Shown: piece by piece, positions 48,497 through 58,300 of the stretch
Position numbering within the stretch: the stretch's first letter is position 1
How the letters are laid out: each line of letters opens with the position of its first letter
From: Myxococcota bacterium
GTDB taxonomy: Bacteria; Myxococcota_A; UBA9160; SZUA-336
Assembly: GCA_965247115.1 (NCBI GenBank)
Contig: CBDFGR010000003.1
Span: 1,728,001 to 1,792,000, forward strand
DNA: 64,000 nucleotides
Direction: 5' to 3'
The notes under the pieces: model-generated
What the model was told of the DNA's origin: nothing
The model's input: only the letters and a program-made list of their open reading frames with translations
Database searches by the model: none
Position numbers and translations under genes: made by a program

Positions 48497-48621
48497 GTCT
48501 TGCGGGACCCGGCGCGCGAGCGGTCCTCCCGCGGGTCAGCGACCCGCGGGCCGCTGACGGCCACCCGCCTCCGCTCAGGCCAAAGGCCTTCGCTGCGCGC
48601 GCCGCTTTCGCGGCGCTTGCA
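48497..48621. repeat. Long palindromic element, copy D
   Basis: GTCTTGCGGGACCCGG..CCACCCGCCTCCGCTCAGG..CCTTCGCTGCGCGCGCCGC..CGCGGCGCTTGCA directly after a TGA stop. Confidence 0.85.
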
Positions 48622-48677
48622 GGGGGAGACCTAGGTCACACTTGGACTCTGAGCTCTGTGCGCTCAGGGTAGTTCTT

Positions 48678-50093
48678 CTAGGAGTTGCGTTTTTCGAGGT
48701 AGCGGAGGACTAGGGTGACGAGGCGGCGACGGTCGATCGGTTTTGTTGCGAAGTCGGTACAGCCGGCGTCGAGGCAGCGCTGCCGGTCGCCGGCTAGCGC
48801 GTGGGCTGTGAGCGCGATGATGGGTTGCTCGTAGCCGCTCTCGCGGAGGCGTCGGCTGGCCTCGTAGCCGTCCATGACCGGCATTTGCATGTCCATCAGG
48901 ATCAGGTCGAAGGCCTCGTCCGCTTCGAGAGCGGCGAGTGCGTGATCCACTCCGACCGCGCCGTTCTCCGCGTGGCTGACGTCGAAGCCGGACTTCTTCA
49001 GGGTGAAGGAGATGAGGCGCCGATTGTCCTCTCCGTCCTCCACGAGCAGGATCCTCGCGCCGGGGCCGCTCACCCGCGTCCTGTCGAGAAACGCCCGTGT
49101 GGAGTCGTCCTCCTCGAGGAGCACGTCGCAGGTACGTGCGCGCGCGTCGGGATCCTCGATCATCTCGATCCCGTCGAGCGAGCCCGTGTCCACGCGAACC
49201 TCGAAGCGGCTGCCCTTCCCCTCCGTGCTCTCCACCTCGATGTCTCCACCGAGAAGGCGGGCTAGCTGACGCGAGATCGTCAAGCCGAGACCGGTGCCGC
49301 CGAACGTTCGGCTCATCGATGTGTCGCCCTGCGAGAACGCGTTGAAGATTCCATCGAGGCTGCTGTGCGGAACGCCGACACCGCTGTCCGTCACCCGGAT
49401 TTGGAGGGCGGGCGCTTGCTTCTCCCGGTGCACCAGCTCTACGGTGAGTACGACCGATCCCCGTTCGGTGAACTTGATCGCGTTGCCGACGGTGTGAATC
49501 AGGATCTGCCGCAGCCGGACGGGGTCCGTCCGGATCTCACGGGGGAGCGCTCCGCGGTACTCGATCTCGAAGCGAAGGCCCTTGGCCTCGGCGGAGCTCC
49601 GCATGACGGACTCGATCTCCGCGAGGATCTCGAACGGGGACGTCATCGTATGCTGCACGTCGATCTCCCCGGACTCGAGCCGGGACAGGTCGAGGATGTC
49701 GCTCAGCACCTGCATCAGGTGGGTGGCGTTCCGCTTGATCGTATGCAGTCGCTCGATCCGACTGCTGGGCGCGCGAGAGAGGTCGCCCTCCTCGATCAGC
49801 AGATCGGCGAAGCCGAGGATTGCGGTCATGGGAGTTCGCAGCTCGTGGCTCATGTTCGCAAGAAACTGTGCTTTGGACCGCGCGGCGGCAGCGGAGCTGC
49901 GCGTGGCGTCGAGCAGGTCCTCGAGGGATCTCTTGGAGCCGGAGATGGTCGAGCGCAGCACGCGCGAGATCGCGGCCGAGTCTTGACGGGTCCTGTCGAG
50001 CTCGTCGCTCAGTGCAGCGACCTTCGCGCGCAGCTCCGCGATCTCTTCTAGAAGCTCGCTTCTCGACTTCTCCTGGTCGCCGCACTCCGACAC
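48678..50093 (-). CDS. Cytoplasmic hybrid histidine kinase (HisKA-HATPase-REC)
   Basis: FLANMSHELRTP, GNAIKFT, FGGTGLGL, LMDMQMPVMDG. Confidence 0.9.
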   Translation of the reverse strand: MSECGDQEKSRSELLEEIAELRAKVAALSDELDRTRQDSAAISRVLRSTISGSKRSLEDLLDATRSSAAAARSKAQFLANMSHELRTPMTAILGFADLLIEEGDLSRAPSSRIERLHTIKRNATHLMQVLSDILDLSRLESGEIDVQHTMTSPFEILAEIESVMRSSAEAKGLRFEIEYRGALPREIRTDPVRLRQILIHTVGNAIKFTERGSVVLTVELVHREKQAPALQIRVTDSGVGVPHSSLDGIFNAFSQGDTSMSRTFGGTGLGLTISRQLARLLGGDIEVESTEGKGSRFEVRVDTGSLDGIEMIEDPDARARTCDVLLEEDDSTRAFLDRTRVSGPGARILLVEDGEDNRRLISFTLKKSGFDVSHAENGAVGVDHALAALEADEAFDLILMDMQMPVMDGYEASRRLRESGYEQPIIALTAHALAGDRQRCLDAGCTDFATKPIDRRRLVTLVLRYLEKRNS

Positions 50094-50103
50094 GTAACCA
50101 CCC

Positions 50104-50179
50104 CTTGCGGGTCCCGGCTCGCGAGCGGTTGCGCCACCCGCCTCCGGCTTGCTGCGCGCGCCGTATTCGCGGCGCTTGC
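50104..50179. repeat. Long palindromic element, copy E (shortened)
   Basis: CTTGCGGGTCCCGG..CCACCCGCCTCC..GCTGCGCGCGCCG..CGCGGCGCTTGC. Confidence 0.75.
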
Positions 50180-50237
50180 CAGCGACCGGCCCGTTCGGGT
50201 CCGGCCCACTTCTAGATCGGATGTATCATCGACTCCC

Positions 50238-52310
50238 ATGAGGAGCGCTGTGGTGAGCTGTCCGGCGTGTCGCCAGGAGAACCCCGTGGAGAACAACTTC
50301 TGCGGGGCCTGCGGCGCGCGGCTGGTGGGGGGCGATCCGCGCACCTACACGCCGAAACACCTCGCGGAGAAGATCCTCAACACGCGATCCGCGCTCGTCG
50401 GCGAGCGAAAGCTGCTGACGGTCCTGTTCGTCGATGTCCAGGGCTCGGGTGGTCTGTCAAGAAGCGTCGACGCCGAGCGCTGGCACGGCATCATGGACCG
50501 CTTCTTCTCGATCCTGATGGACTGTGTCCACCGCTACGAGGGAACGATCAACCAGTTCACCGGCGACGGAGTCATGGCGCTGTTCGGCGCTCCGGTCGCC
50601 CACGAGGACCATGCGCGTCGTGCCTGTCAGGCGGCGCTCGATATCGACGTCGAGCTCCGCTCGCTCCAGGTGAGCCTGGCCAGCGAACGGCTCGGCTTCG
50701 CGGTGCGGATGGGGATGAACTCGGGCGAGGTAGTCGTCGGGAGAATCGGCGATGACCTGCGCATGGACTACACCGCGCAGGGTTACACAACGACGCTCGC
50801 GTCCCGCATGCAGGTGATCGCAGAGCCGGGCTCGGTGTGTCTGACACAGCACACCGCAGCGCTGGTCGACGGCTTCTTCGAGCTGCGGGACCTGGGCACT
50901 CCCGAGCTCAAAGGCGTGAGCGAGCCCGTTCGCGTGTACCAGCTCGAGGGCCGGGGCGAGCTCCTGACGCGACTCGACGTCTCGCGCGCCCGAGGTCTGA
51001 CTCGCTGGGTCGGGCGAGGGCCGGAGCTCGGAGCCCTGGAGTCCGCGCTGGCGCGGGCCCTCGATTCCGAGGCGCGAGTGATCGGCGTGGTGGGCGAGGC
51101 CGGTGTCGGGAAGAGCCGTCTATGCCTCGAATTTCTCGATCGCTGCCGCGAGCGCGGGCTCCTCGTGGTCCGCGCGAGCTGCCCGGCTTACGGACGCTCC
51201 GTTCCCCTGCTGCCGGTGCGAGATCTGCTGCGCGGTCTCCTCGAGCTGGAGGTGGAGGACGAGCCGGCCGCAGCGCGCGAGAAGATCGAGGCCACGTTGC
51301 TGGAGCTCGATCCCGGCTTCGGCTCGGCGCTTCCACTCGTGTACGATCTGCTCGGGGTAGGCGCGGATGCCAGCCCGCTTGCCGTCGACCCGGCGAGCCG
51401 CCGACGGCGCGTATCGGAGTTCGTGGGAAGGCTGCTTCAGCAGCGCAGCACGATCGCGCCGCTGATCCTCGCGATCGAGGACCTGCATTGGATCGACCCG
51501 GAGAGCGACGAGCTGCTCGCGCGCATCGTGGACGCTGTGGGCTGGACACGCACGCTCCTCGTACTGAACTTTCGGCAGGGCTACCGCGCGGACTGGATGA
51601 GCACTCCCTACTACACGCCGCTGCCCCTGGTGCCCCTGGACGACGAGGCAGCAGAGGAGCTGCTGCGCAGCCTGCTTGGGGATGATCCCTCGGTGCGTTC
51701 GGTCCGGGAGCTCGTCCGCAACAGGACTGGCGGGAATCCCTTCTTTATCGAGGAGGTCGTCCAGGAGCTCGTTGCCGCCGGGAGTCTCGTCGGGGAGCGC
51801 GGCTCCTACCGTCCGCTAGGGGAGCTCGCGGAGATCCAGATCCCCATGTCCGTGGTGGCCGTGATCGAGGCTCGGATCGACAGGCTTCCGGAGCGCGAAA
51901 AGCAGCTGCTCCAGACGGCGGCGGTAATCGGGCGGAGCTTCTCCCGGTCCGTCCTGGAGGCTGTGTCCGCGTTTTCCAGCGCGGAGCTCGAGGAGGCGAT
52001 CGACCTGCTGTGCGAGGGAGAGTTCATCTACCGGGACGGCGGTGCGTCGACAGGTGACCATGCGTTCAAGCACTCGCTCACCCACGAGGTCGCGTACCTG
52101 TCGCAGCTGCAAGACACGCGGCAGGAGATCCACGCGACCGTTGCCCGCGCGCTCGAGGAATTGCACGCCGATCGGCTCGGAGAGCTGGCCGCGTTGCTGG
52201 CGCACCACTGGGCGGAGGCCGGCCAATCGCACGACGCCGCGCGCTGGCGACGACGCGCGGCCCTCAAGGTATCGCGCATCCAGATAGGGGGTGGCAAAAA
52301 AAGGCCCTGA
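50238..52310 (+). CDS. Class III adenylate/guanylate cyclase with zinc ribbon and AAA (STAND) ATPase
   Basis: CPAC..FCGACG, GERK-LTVLF-D, FTGDGVMALFGAP, GEAGVGKS, EDLHWID, GGNPFF. Confidence 0.9.
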   Translation: MRSAVVSCPACRQENPVENNFCGACGARLVGGDPRTYTPKHLAEKILNTRSALVGERKLLTVLFVDVQGSGGLSRSVDAERWHGIMDRFFSILMDCVHRYEGTINQFTGDGVMALFGAPVAHEDHARRACQAALDIDVELRSLQVSLASERLGFAVRMGMNSGEVVVGRIGDDLRMDYTAQGYTTTLASRMQVIAEPGSVCLTQHTAALVDGFFELRDLGTPELKGVSEPVRVYQLEGRGELLTRLDVSRARGLTRWVGRGPELGALESALARALDSEARVIGVVGEAGVGKSRLCLEFLDRCRERGLLVVRASCPAYGRSVPLLPVRDLLRGLLELEVEDEPAAAREKIEATLLELDPGFGSALPLVYDLLGVGADASPLAVDPASRRRRVSEFVGRLLQQRSTIAPLILAIEDLHWIDPESDELLARIVDAVGWTRTLLVLNFRQGYRADWMSTPYYTPLPLVPLDDEAAEELLRSLLGDDPSVRSVRELVRNRTGGNPFFIEEVVQELVAAGSLVGERGSYRPLGELAEIQIPMSVVAVIEARIDRLPEREKQLLQTAAVIGRSFSRSVLEAVSAFSSAELEEAIDLLCEGEFIYRDGGASTGDHAFKHSLTHEVAYLSQLQDTRQEIHATVARALEELHADRLGELAALLAHHWAEAGQSHDAARWRRRAALKVSRIQIGGGKKRP

Positions 52311-52344
52311 GCCCACTGGTGTAGAATGTGTTCGGAGGTGTTGG

Positions 52345-53919
52345 ATGGAAGTTCCGTTACTGACTGACGACTTTCTGCGTCGTCCCGCGCTGCTGTACCC
52401 GGACAAGCTCGCGATCGTCGATGGCGAGCGCCGCTTCACGTACCGCGAGTACCAAGAGCGCGTGAACCAGCTGTCCCACGCTCTTCTAGAGCTCGGCGTC
52501 GCTGCGGACGATCGGGTCTGTATCTTGAGCCCGAACTCGCACTTCTTCCTGGAGAGCTTCTACGCGACGAGCCAGATCGGCGCGGTGCTCGTTCCGTTGA
52601 ACTATCGACTTGCCGCAGAAGATCACACCTACATCCTGAATCACGCCCGCGTGAAGGTGGCGCTCGTCGACCACGACTACACCGCCGACGTGGATGAAAT
52701 CCGAGCGCAGCTGCCAACCGTGGACACCTGGATCGTGGCTCAGGACTCCGGCAATGCTGCGCCTGGCTGGACCGATTGGGAGACGCTGATCGCGGACGCG
52801 CCCACGACTCCTCCCCCCGGGATCGAGCGGGGGGAGAACGATCTGGTCTCGATCAACTACACCTCCGGAACGACTGCGCGGCCGAAGGGCGTCATGTTGA
52901 CGCACCGCAACTGCTACATCAACGCATACAACCTCATTGCGCATCTCCGTCTCGCCCACGAAGACGTGGAGCTCTGGACACTGCCGATGTTCCACTGCAA
53001 CGGCTGGGGCGGGGTCTACGCGCTCACCGGGATGGGCGGAACCCACGTCGTGTTGCGCGCCGTGGAGGGTGCGGAGATCTTCCGGCTGATCGAGCGTGAG
53101 AACGTCACGTTCGCGTGTATGGCTCCTGCCGTGCTGCGAACGGTGCTCGACTACCCGGAGAAGTCAAAGCACGAGATCGAGACGTGCCCGCGCTTCACGG
53201 TGGCTGGGGCGCCGCCTCCCGCCGCCTTCATCGAGCGGCTGGAGCGGGAGCTCGGTTGGCAGTTCATCCAGATCTACGGCCTAACGGAGACCGCTCCGCT
53301 GCTGACCGTGTCCACGCCCGACTTCGCGACGAAGCACGACGACTACGCTCGCCGCTCGCGCGCTGGTGTTGCAGGGATCGGCGTGGAGCTCGAGGTCCGG
53401 GCACCGGATGGGAGTCGCGTGCCGATGGACGGTGAGACCGTCGGCGAGATCTGCGCGCGCTCGAACGTGGTCTTCAAGGGCTACTGGGAGCAGCCGGAAG
53501 AGACCGCGGAAGCGATCCACGACGGTTTCTTCCACACCGGTGATCTGGCTGTCTGGGACGAGACCGGCAGCGTGCACATCGTGGATCGAAAGAAGGACGT
53601 CATCATCTCGGGCGGAGAGAACGTCAGCTCGGCGGAGGTCGAGGACGCCCTCTACAAGCACGAGGCGGTGCTGGAGTGCGCGGTCATCGGAGTCCCGGAC
53701 GAGAAGTGGGGAGAGACACCGAAGGCACTGATCGTTCCGCGCGAGGGCCACGAGCTGAGCGAGAAGGAGCTCATCGACTTCTGCCGTGAGCACCTTGCGC
53801 ACTTCAAGTGCCCGAGCTCGGTGGAGTTTCTGAGTGAGCTTCCGCGCACGGCAACCGGAAAGCTGCAGAAGTTCCGCTTGCGCGAAAAGTACTGGGGGAC
53901 GGAACGCCGCGTCGGCTAG
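52345..53919 (+). CDS. Long-chain fatty acid-CoA ligase family protein
   Basis: NYTSGTTARPKG, YGLTE, HTGD, ISGGEN, PRTATGK; GGAGG RBS. Confidence 0.9.
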   Translation: MEVPLLTDDFLRRPALLYPDKLAIVDGERRFTYREYQERVNQLSHALLELGVAADDRVCILSPNSHFFLESFYATSQIGAVLVPLNYRLAAEDHTYILNHARVKVALVDHDYTADVDEIRAQLPTVDTWIVAQDSGNAAPGWTDWETLIADAPTTPPPGIERGENDLVSINYTSGTTARPKGVMLTHRNCYINAYNLIAHLRLAHEDVELWTLPMFHCNGWGGVYALTGMGGTHVVLRAVEGAEIFRLIERENVTFACMAPAVLRTVLDYPEKSKHEIETCPRFTVAGAPPPAAFIERLERELGWQFIQIYGLTETAPLLTVSTPDFATKHDDYARRSRAGVAGIGVELEVRAPDGSRVPMDGETVGEICARSNVVFKGYWEQPEETAEAIHDGFFHTGDLAVWDETGSVHIVDRKKDVIISGGENVSSAEVEDALYKHEAVLECAVIGVPDEKWGETPKALIVPREGHELSEKELIDFCREHLAHFKCPSSVEFLSELPRTATGKLQKFRLREKYWGTERRVG

Positions 53920-53932
53920 CGGGGCTACCCGA

Positions 53933-54127
53933 TCAGGAGTCGTCGATCGCGAGCGCCTGGCGGGGGCAGAGCCGCACCGCGTTCTCGACCTTCTCGCGAA
54001 GCTCCGGTCCCGGACTCTCCTGAAGGACGTCCAGGTTGTCGTCTTCGTCGACGCGGAACACCTCGGGAGCTTGTTGCATACAGATCGCGTTGGCTTCGCA
54101 CAGGTCGTAATCTACTTTGATCTTCAT
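53933..54127 (-). CDS. Small single-cluster ferredoxin ([3Fe-4S]-type)
   Basis: CEANAIC...APEVF...CPRQA; GGAGG RBS. Confidence 0.88.
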   Translation of the reverse strand: MKIKVDYDLCEANAICMQQAPEVFRVDEDDNLDVLQESPGPELREKVENAVRLCPRQALAIDDS

Positions 54128-54168
54128 GCATGCCTCCTCGGACTCGCAGGTGAGGATATCACGAGCCC

Positions 54169-55332
54169 CTAGCGCGCGTGCGCGCGCACGGCTTTCGCCA
54201 TGCGTTCGAGTGCCTCGGTGAGGAGGCTCTTCGACGTGGCGAAGTTCAGTCGGACGCAGCCTTCCCCGCCCTGACCGAAGCTCGCGCCCCGACTCAGCGC
54301 AACCCTGGCCTCCTCGAGGAAGAACTCATAGGGTTCGTGAGGGAGTCCGAGCTCGCGGCAGTCCAGCCACGCCAGATACGTTCCCTCGGGCCGGGAATAG
54401 CGAACCTCCGGAAGCTCCGCAGCAAGGAACTGCTCGAGCAGGTCGAGATTTCCCGAGACGTAATGAAGGACGTCGTCTAGCCAGGGCTGGCAGCGCGTCC
54501 ACGCCAGCTCTGCGGCAGATGTCCCGAGCGATCCCAGCCCGCCAAGGATATGCCTCGAAAGGGATCCGAAGCGCTCCTGCAGGTCGGCGCTGCCGAAGGC
54601 GGCCACCGAGCAGCGCAGCCCCGCGATGTTGAAGGCCTTGGTCGCCGAACTGAGCGTGACCGTGCGCGCCTCGACCTCCGGACCCAGCGTGGCAAGCGGA
54701 ACGTGCTGATGCGGAGCGAACACGAGATCCGCGTGGATCTCGTCACTGATGATGACGAGGTCCGCCTCGATCGCGAGCTCAGCCAGCTGCTCGAGCTCCT
54801 GGCGGCGGAACACGCGGCCGGTGGGATTCTGCGGGTTGCAGAACATGAGCGCCTCGGTGTCGGCATCGATACAGGCACGCAGGGCTTCGAAGTCGATCGT
54901 GTAGCCAGAGTCGTCTACCACGAGCTCGTTCGTGACCATTCGCCGATCGAGGTGGCTGACGCAGCTGAGAAAGGGCGGGTAGACCGGGGTTTGCACCACG
55001 GTGCCCGCACCTTCGGAGGTGAGCGTCGAGAGCGCGACGTACATGCCCTGGACGACGTCGGTGATCACTGCGACCCGCGTCGGGTCGAGCTCCCAGCCAA
55101 AGCGCTCCTTCACGCGCGTGGCGAAGATCGTGGGCAGCCCCTCGAGTCTGGGATGGCGCGGATAGCCCACGTCGGAGTTCTCGAGGGTTTCGCGCAAGAG
55201 CTCCCGGATCGGCTCGGCTACCGGAAAGTCCATGTCGGCAACCCAGAGGGGCAGCACGTCGTCGGGATAGTGCTGCCACTTCTCGCCTCGGGTCTTGCGC
55301 AGGCGCCGGATGTCGACGTCATCGAAGCTCAT
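54169..55332 (-). CDS. MalY/PatB family PLP-dependent C-S lyase
   Basis: LPLWVADMDF, CNPQNPTG, SDEIHAD, SATKAFNIAG, EGTYLAWLD, RLNFAT. Confidence 0.92.
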   Translation of the reverse strand: MSFDDVDIRRLRKTRGEKWQHYPDDVLPLWVADMDFPVAEPIRELLRETLENSDVGYPRHPRLEGLPTIFATRVKERFGWELDPTRVAVITDVVQGMYVALSTLTSEGAGTVVQTPVYPPFLSCVSHLDRRMVTNELVVDDSGYTIDFEALRACIDADTEALMFCNPQNPTGRVFRRQELEQLAELAIEADLVIISDEIHADLVFAPHQHVPLATLGPEVEARTVTLSSATKAFNIAGLRCSVAAFGSADLQERFGSLSRHILGGLGSLGTSAAELAWTRCQPWLDDVLHYVSGNLDLLEQFLAAELPEVRYSRPEGTYLAWLDCRELGLPHEPYEFFLEEARVALSRGASFGQGGEGCVRLNFATSKSLLTEALERMAKAVRAHAR

Positions 55333-55347
55333 CCGCGCATTGTAGCG

Positions 55348-58300
55348 CTATTGGAGGCGGACCCTCTCGCCGCTGCGAAGGTACAGGAGCTCGAGCGCGG
55401 GCGGAGCGGCGTTGGGGAAGGCGCCCGCGACCCCCCGAGCGTAGACCTCCAGCTGCGCTCGGTAGCGCTCGCGAGCGCCGGACTCCGGCTCCCGATCGGT
55501 CTTGTAGTCCGCCACGACCAGGCGCCCGTCAGGATCTCTGTAGAGCAGGTCGATGGTGCCGCTCCAGGCTGTGCCGTCCTGGTCCTTGAAAAGCAGCGGA
55601 AGCTCGCGTCCCACGACCTCGACGCTGGCAAGGTATGCCGGGAGCTCGCTCTCCAGGAGCGAGTTCAGGACCGCCAGGCTGTGCCGCTCGAGCTCGGCCG
55701 GCTCGCCCCCATCGTTGCGGCACACCCGTGTGACCGCGGCGCGTAGCAGGCGAAGGGCGACGGCGCGACTGCGAAAGTCCCAGCGCTCGAGCACCTCGTG
55801 CAGCACGGTTCCGATCTGTCGGCCGCGCGCGGCTCCGCCGACGCCGACGCCGACGGGCGCGCTCGGAACGTCGCTCCCGTCGGACCGCGCCGGGGTTCGC
55901 TCCCCCGCGCCCGCGGGATGGCGAAAGGCCGGCCTCGCCATGGCACGGGCGCGCGCGGCAATGCGCTGGGCTTTCCCCACCGACCGCGAGAGATCCGCGC
56001 GCCCCTTCCGGGTCGGCAGGCGCTGCGCCGCGGGCGACGTCTCCACGAGCCGGTGGCTCACCTCGGGGGCGCCAGGAAGAACGGCATCGTTCGCGAGTCC
56101 CTCGCTCGGGTAGCCCCACGCTGCAAGGTGCTGCACGGGTGCATCCGCCGCGACCCGCTGCCGCGGGCCATGGACCAGGATGAGCCGCTCCGAAGCGCGC
56201 GTACAGGCAACGTAGAACAGGCGCCGGTTCTCGGCACTCTCGTGCTGTGCTTCCAGAGCCTCGCGCACGATGGCGCCGGCGGACAGCGGCCCGGCGGTTC
56301 GCAGCGCAAGGCTCTTGTGCTCGCGGAGCCAGTGCACGCTCGTGGTCGCCTCGCCGCGCGGACCTCCCGCCGGACTGCGTGCGAGGTCGGGCAGGAACAC
56401 GATCGGGAACTCGAGGCCCTTCGCGCCGTGGATTGTCAGCAGCGTGAGCTCTTCGTCGCGGTCCACGGGCGGACCAAGCGCATGCTCGCTGTGCTCGAGC
56501 CAAGGCAGAATCGACGCAATGGTGTGTGCGGAGTCTCGGCGTGCGAGCTCGATCAACGGGTCGAGACGCGCGCGCAGGTTGGCGAGTCGCTGCGTCCCGT
56601 CGGACGCCGCGGCGTGCAGAGCGAGCAGACCAGTCTCCTCCGCCAGCTCGAACAGGAGCGAGTCGAGCGGGCGTTCCAGCGACGCGGTCTGCAGATTACG
56701 CAGAAGTGCGTACGTTCTGGCGATCGCCGGAAAGCGCGCCGGATCCGGCTCCGTTTCGAGATACGACCAGGTGGATCGCGCCCGCTGGGCGGTCGCGGCG
56801 AAGGCCGCCAGCTCGGCATCCCGGACGCCACCAAGGGCGGAGCGCAGCACGCCGAGCACTGCGGGCGCGTCGTCCGGATGCGCCAGAGCCCGCAGCAGCG
56901 CCAGCAGCTGCTGACCTTCGGGGCGGTCGAACAGGTCGCGCCCGGTCTCCAGCGCGTAGGGGATTCCGTGCTCGCGCAGTGCGCCCGTGTAGAGCGGCAC
57001 GCTCGCGAAGGCCCGGAACAGGATGGCGATCTCCGCGGCCGCGATCCGCTCGGCCCGCAGCTCCCGGGCGATCCAGCTCGCGATCGCAGCGGCCTCGTCG
57101 CGGCGCGCGCGGTCCGCGCTGCGCCCGACGTCTCTGCCCACCGTCCAGACCTCCACGCGCGGCTGTCCGTCGCAACTCAGGGGCGGGCGTGCGGAGTGAA
57201 GCCCATCGTAGCCTGAGTAGGCGGCTCCATCGGTTCCGGCGGGAGCATTCAGGAGGGGAGGAAAGAGTCGATCCAGCGGCTCCAGCAGCTCCGGCGGAGC
57301 GCGGAAGCTCCTCGTGAGCGTGAGGCGCTGGCCGCCGGAGCGCTCCACATGAGCCACCGCCATGTGGTACGAGGCCATGTCCGCGCCGCGAAAACGATAG
57401 ATCGCCTGCTTGGGATCCCCCACGATGAAGAGCTTGCCGGGTGCCAGTCGTGTTTCGAAGGCGCGGGCGGCGGGCGGCCCACTCGCGTCCTCGGCCAGGA
57501 AGAAGACGAGCTCGTACTGCAGCGGGTCGGTGTCCTGGAACTCGTCGACCAGCAGGAGCCGGAGGCCGCGCGAGATCCTTCGCCGTACGTCGGGGTAGTC
57601 GGCCAGCATGTTCCGTGTCAGCAGCAGGAGCGCGTTGAACGGGAGCAGGTTGCGCCGGCGCGACTCCGCGAAGACCTGCCGTGCGAACGGGCTCAGGAGA
57701 TCCAGGGCGCGCCCGCACAGCTCGTCATCCACGCGCTCGAGTCGGTCGAGCAGGCGGTGCGCGGCTCTGGCACAGCGCTCGGCCTCGGGGGCGTTCTTGG
57801 AGGTAGGGGGGGGCCCGTCGAGCAAGCCCCGGGACCCTCGCGCTGACTGGAAGCGGGCGCTCCGGAGCTCCACGCGAAACGCCTCGATTCCGCCCGACAG
57901 GAAGGCCTGCAGGACACGGTCGACGACGTGGAGGTAGCTCTCGGGACCCAGGGTCCCGTCACCGCGCACACCCGCATGCGTGGCCAGCTGCGCGCGAATC
58001 AGGGGCTCGAGCAAGGCGTGCGTCGGTGCCAGCTCGGTTCGACCCGCTGGCAGCTCGAAGCTCGCGAGCCGCCACCCGATCTCGCGCAGCTCGCCAAGGT
58101 CGATGCCGCGCAGCACGGCCCGCCAGGCGTCGCGGGGCTCTCCCTCCGGTCCATGACTCCCGCTGAGGAACTTCTCCCAGAGCTCTTCCTGCAGCGCGTC
58201 GAAGAGCGGACCGTCGTCGATCGCGAAGTCGGGGTCGACTCCGGACTCCGCCGGGAAGCGCCGGAGCAGCGCCGCGCAGTAGCCATGGATCGAGTCGATG

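Noticed and set aside
52296..52302. A7 run as a programmed frameshift fusing the cyclase to the CoA ligase
   Set aside because: The ligase has its own TAGAAT box and GGAGG RBS, and no TPR continuation is visible in other frames
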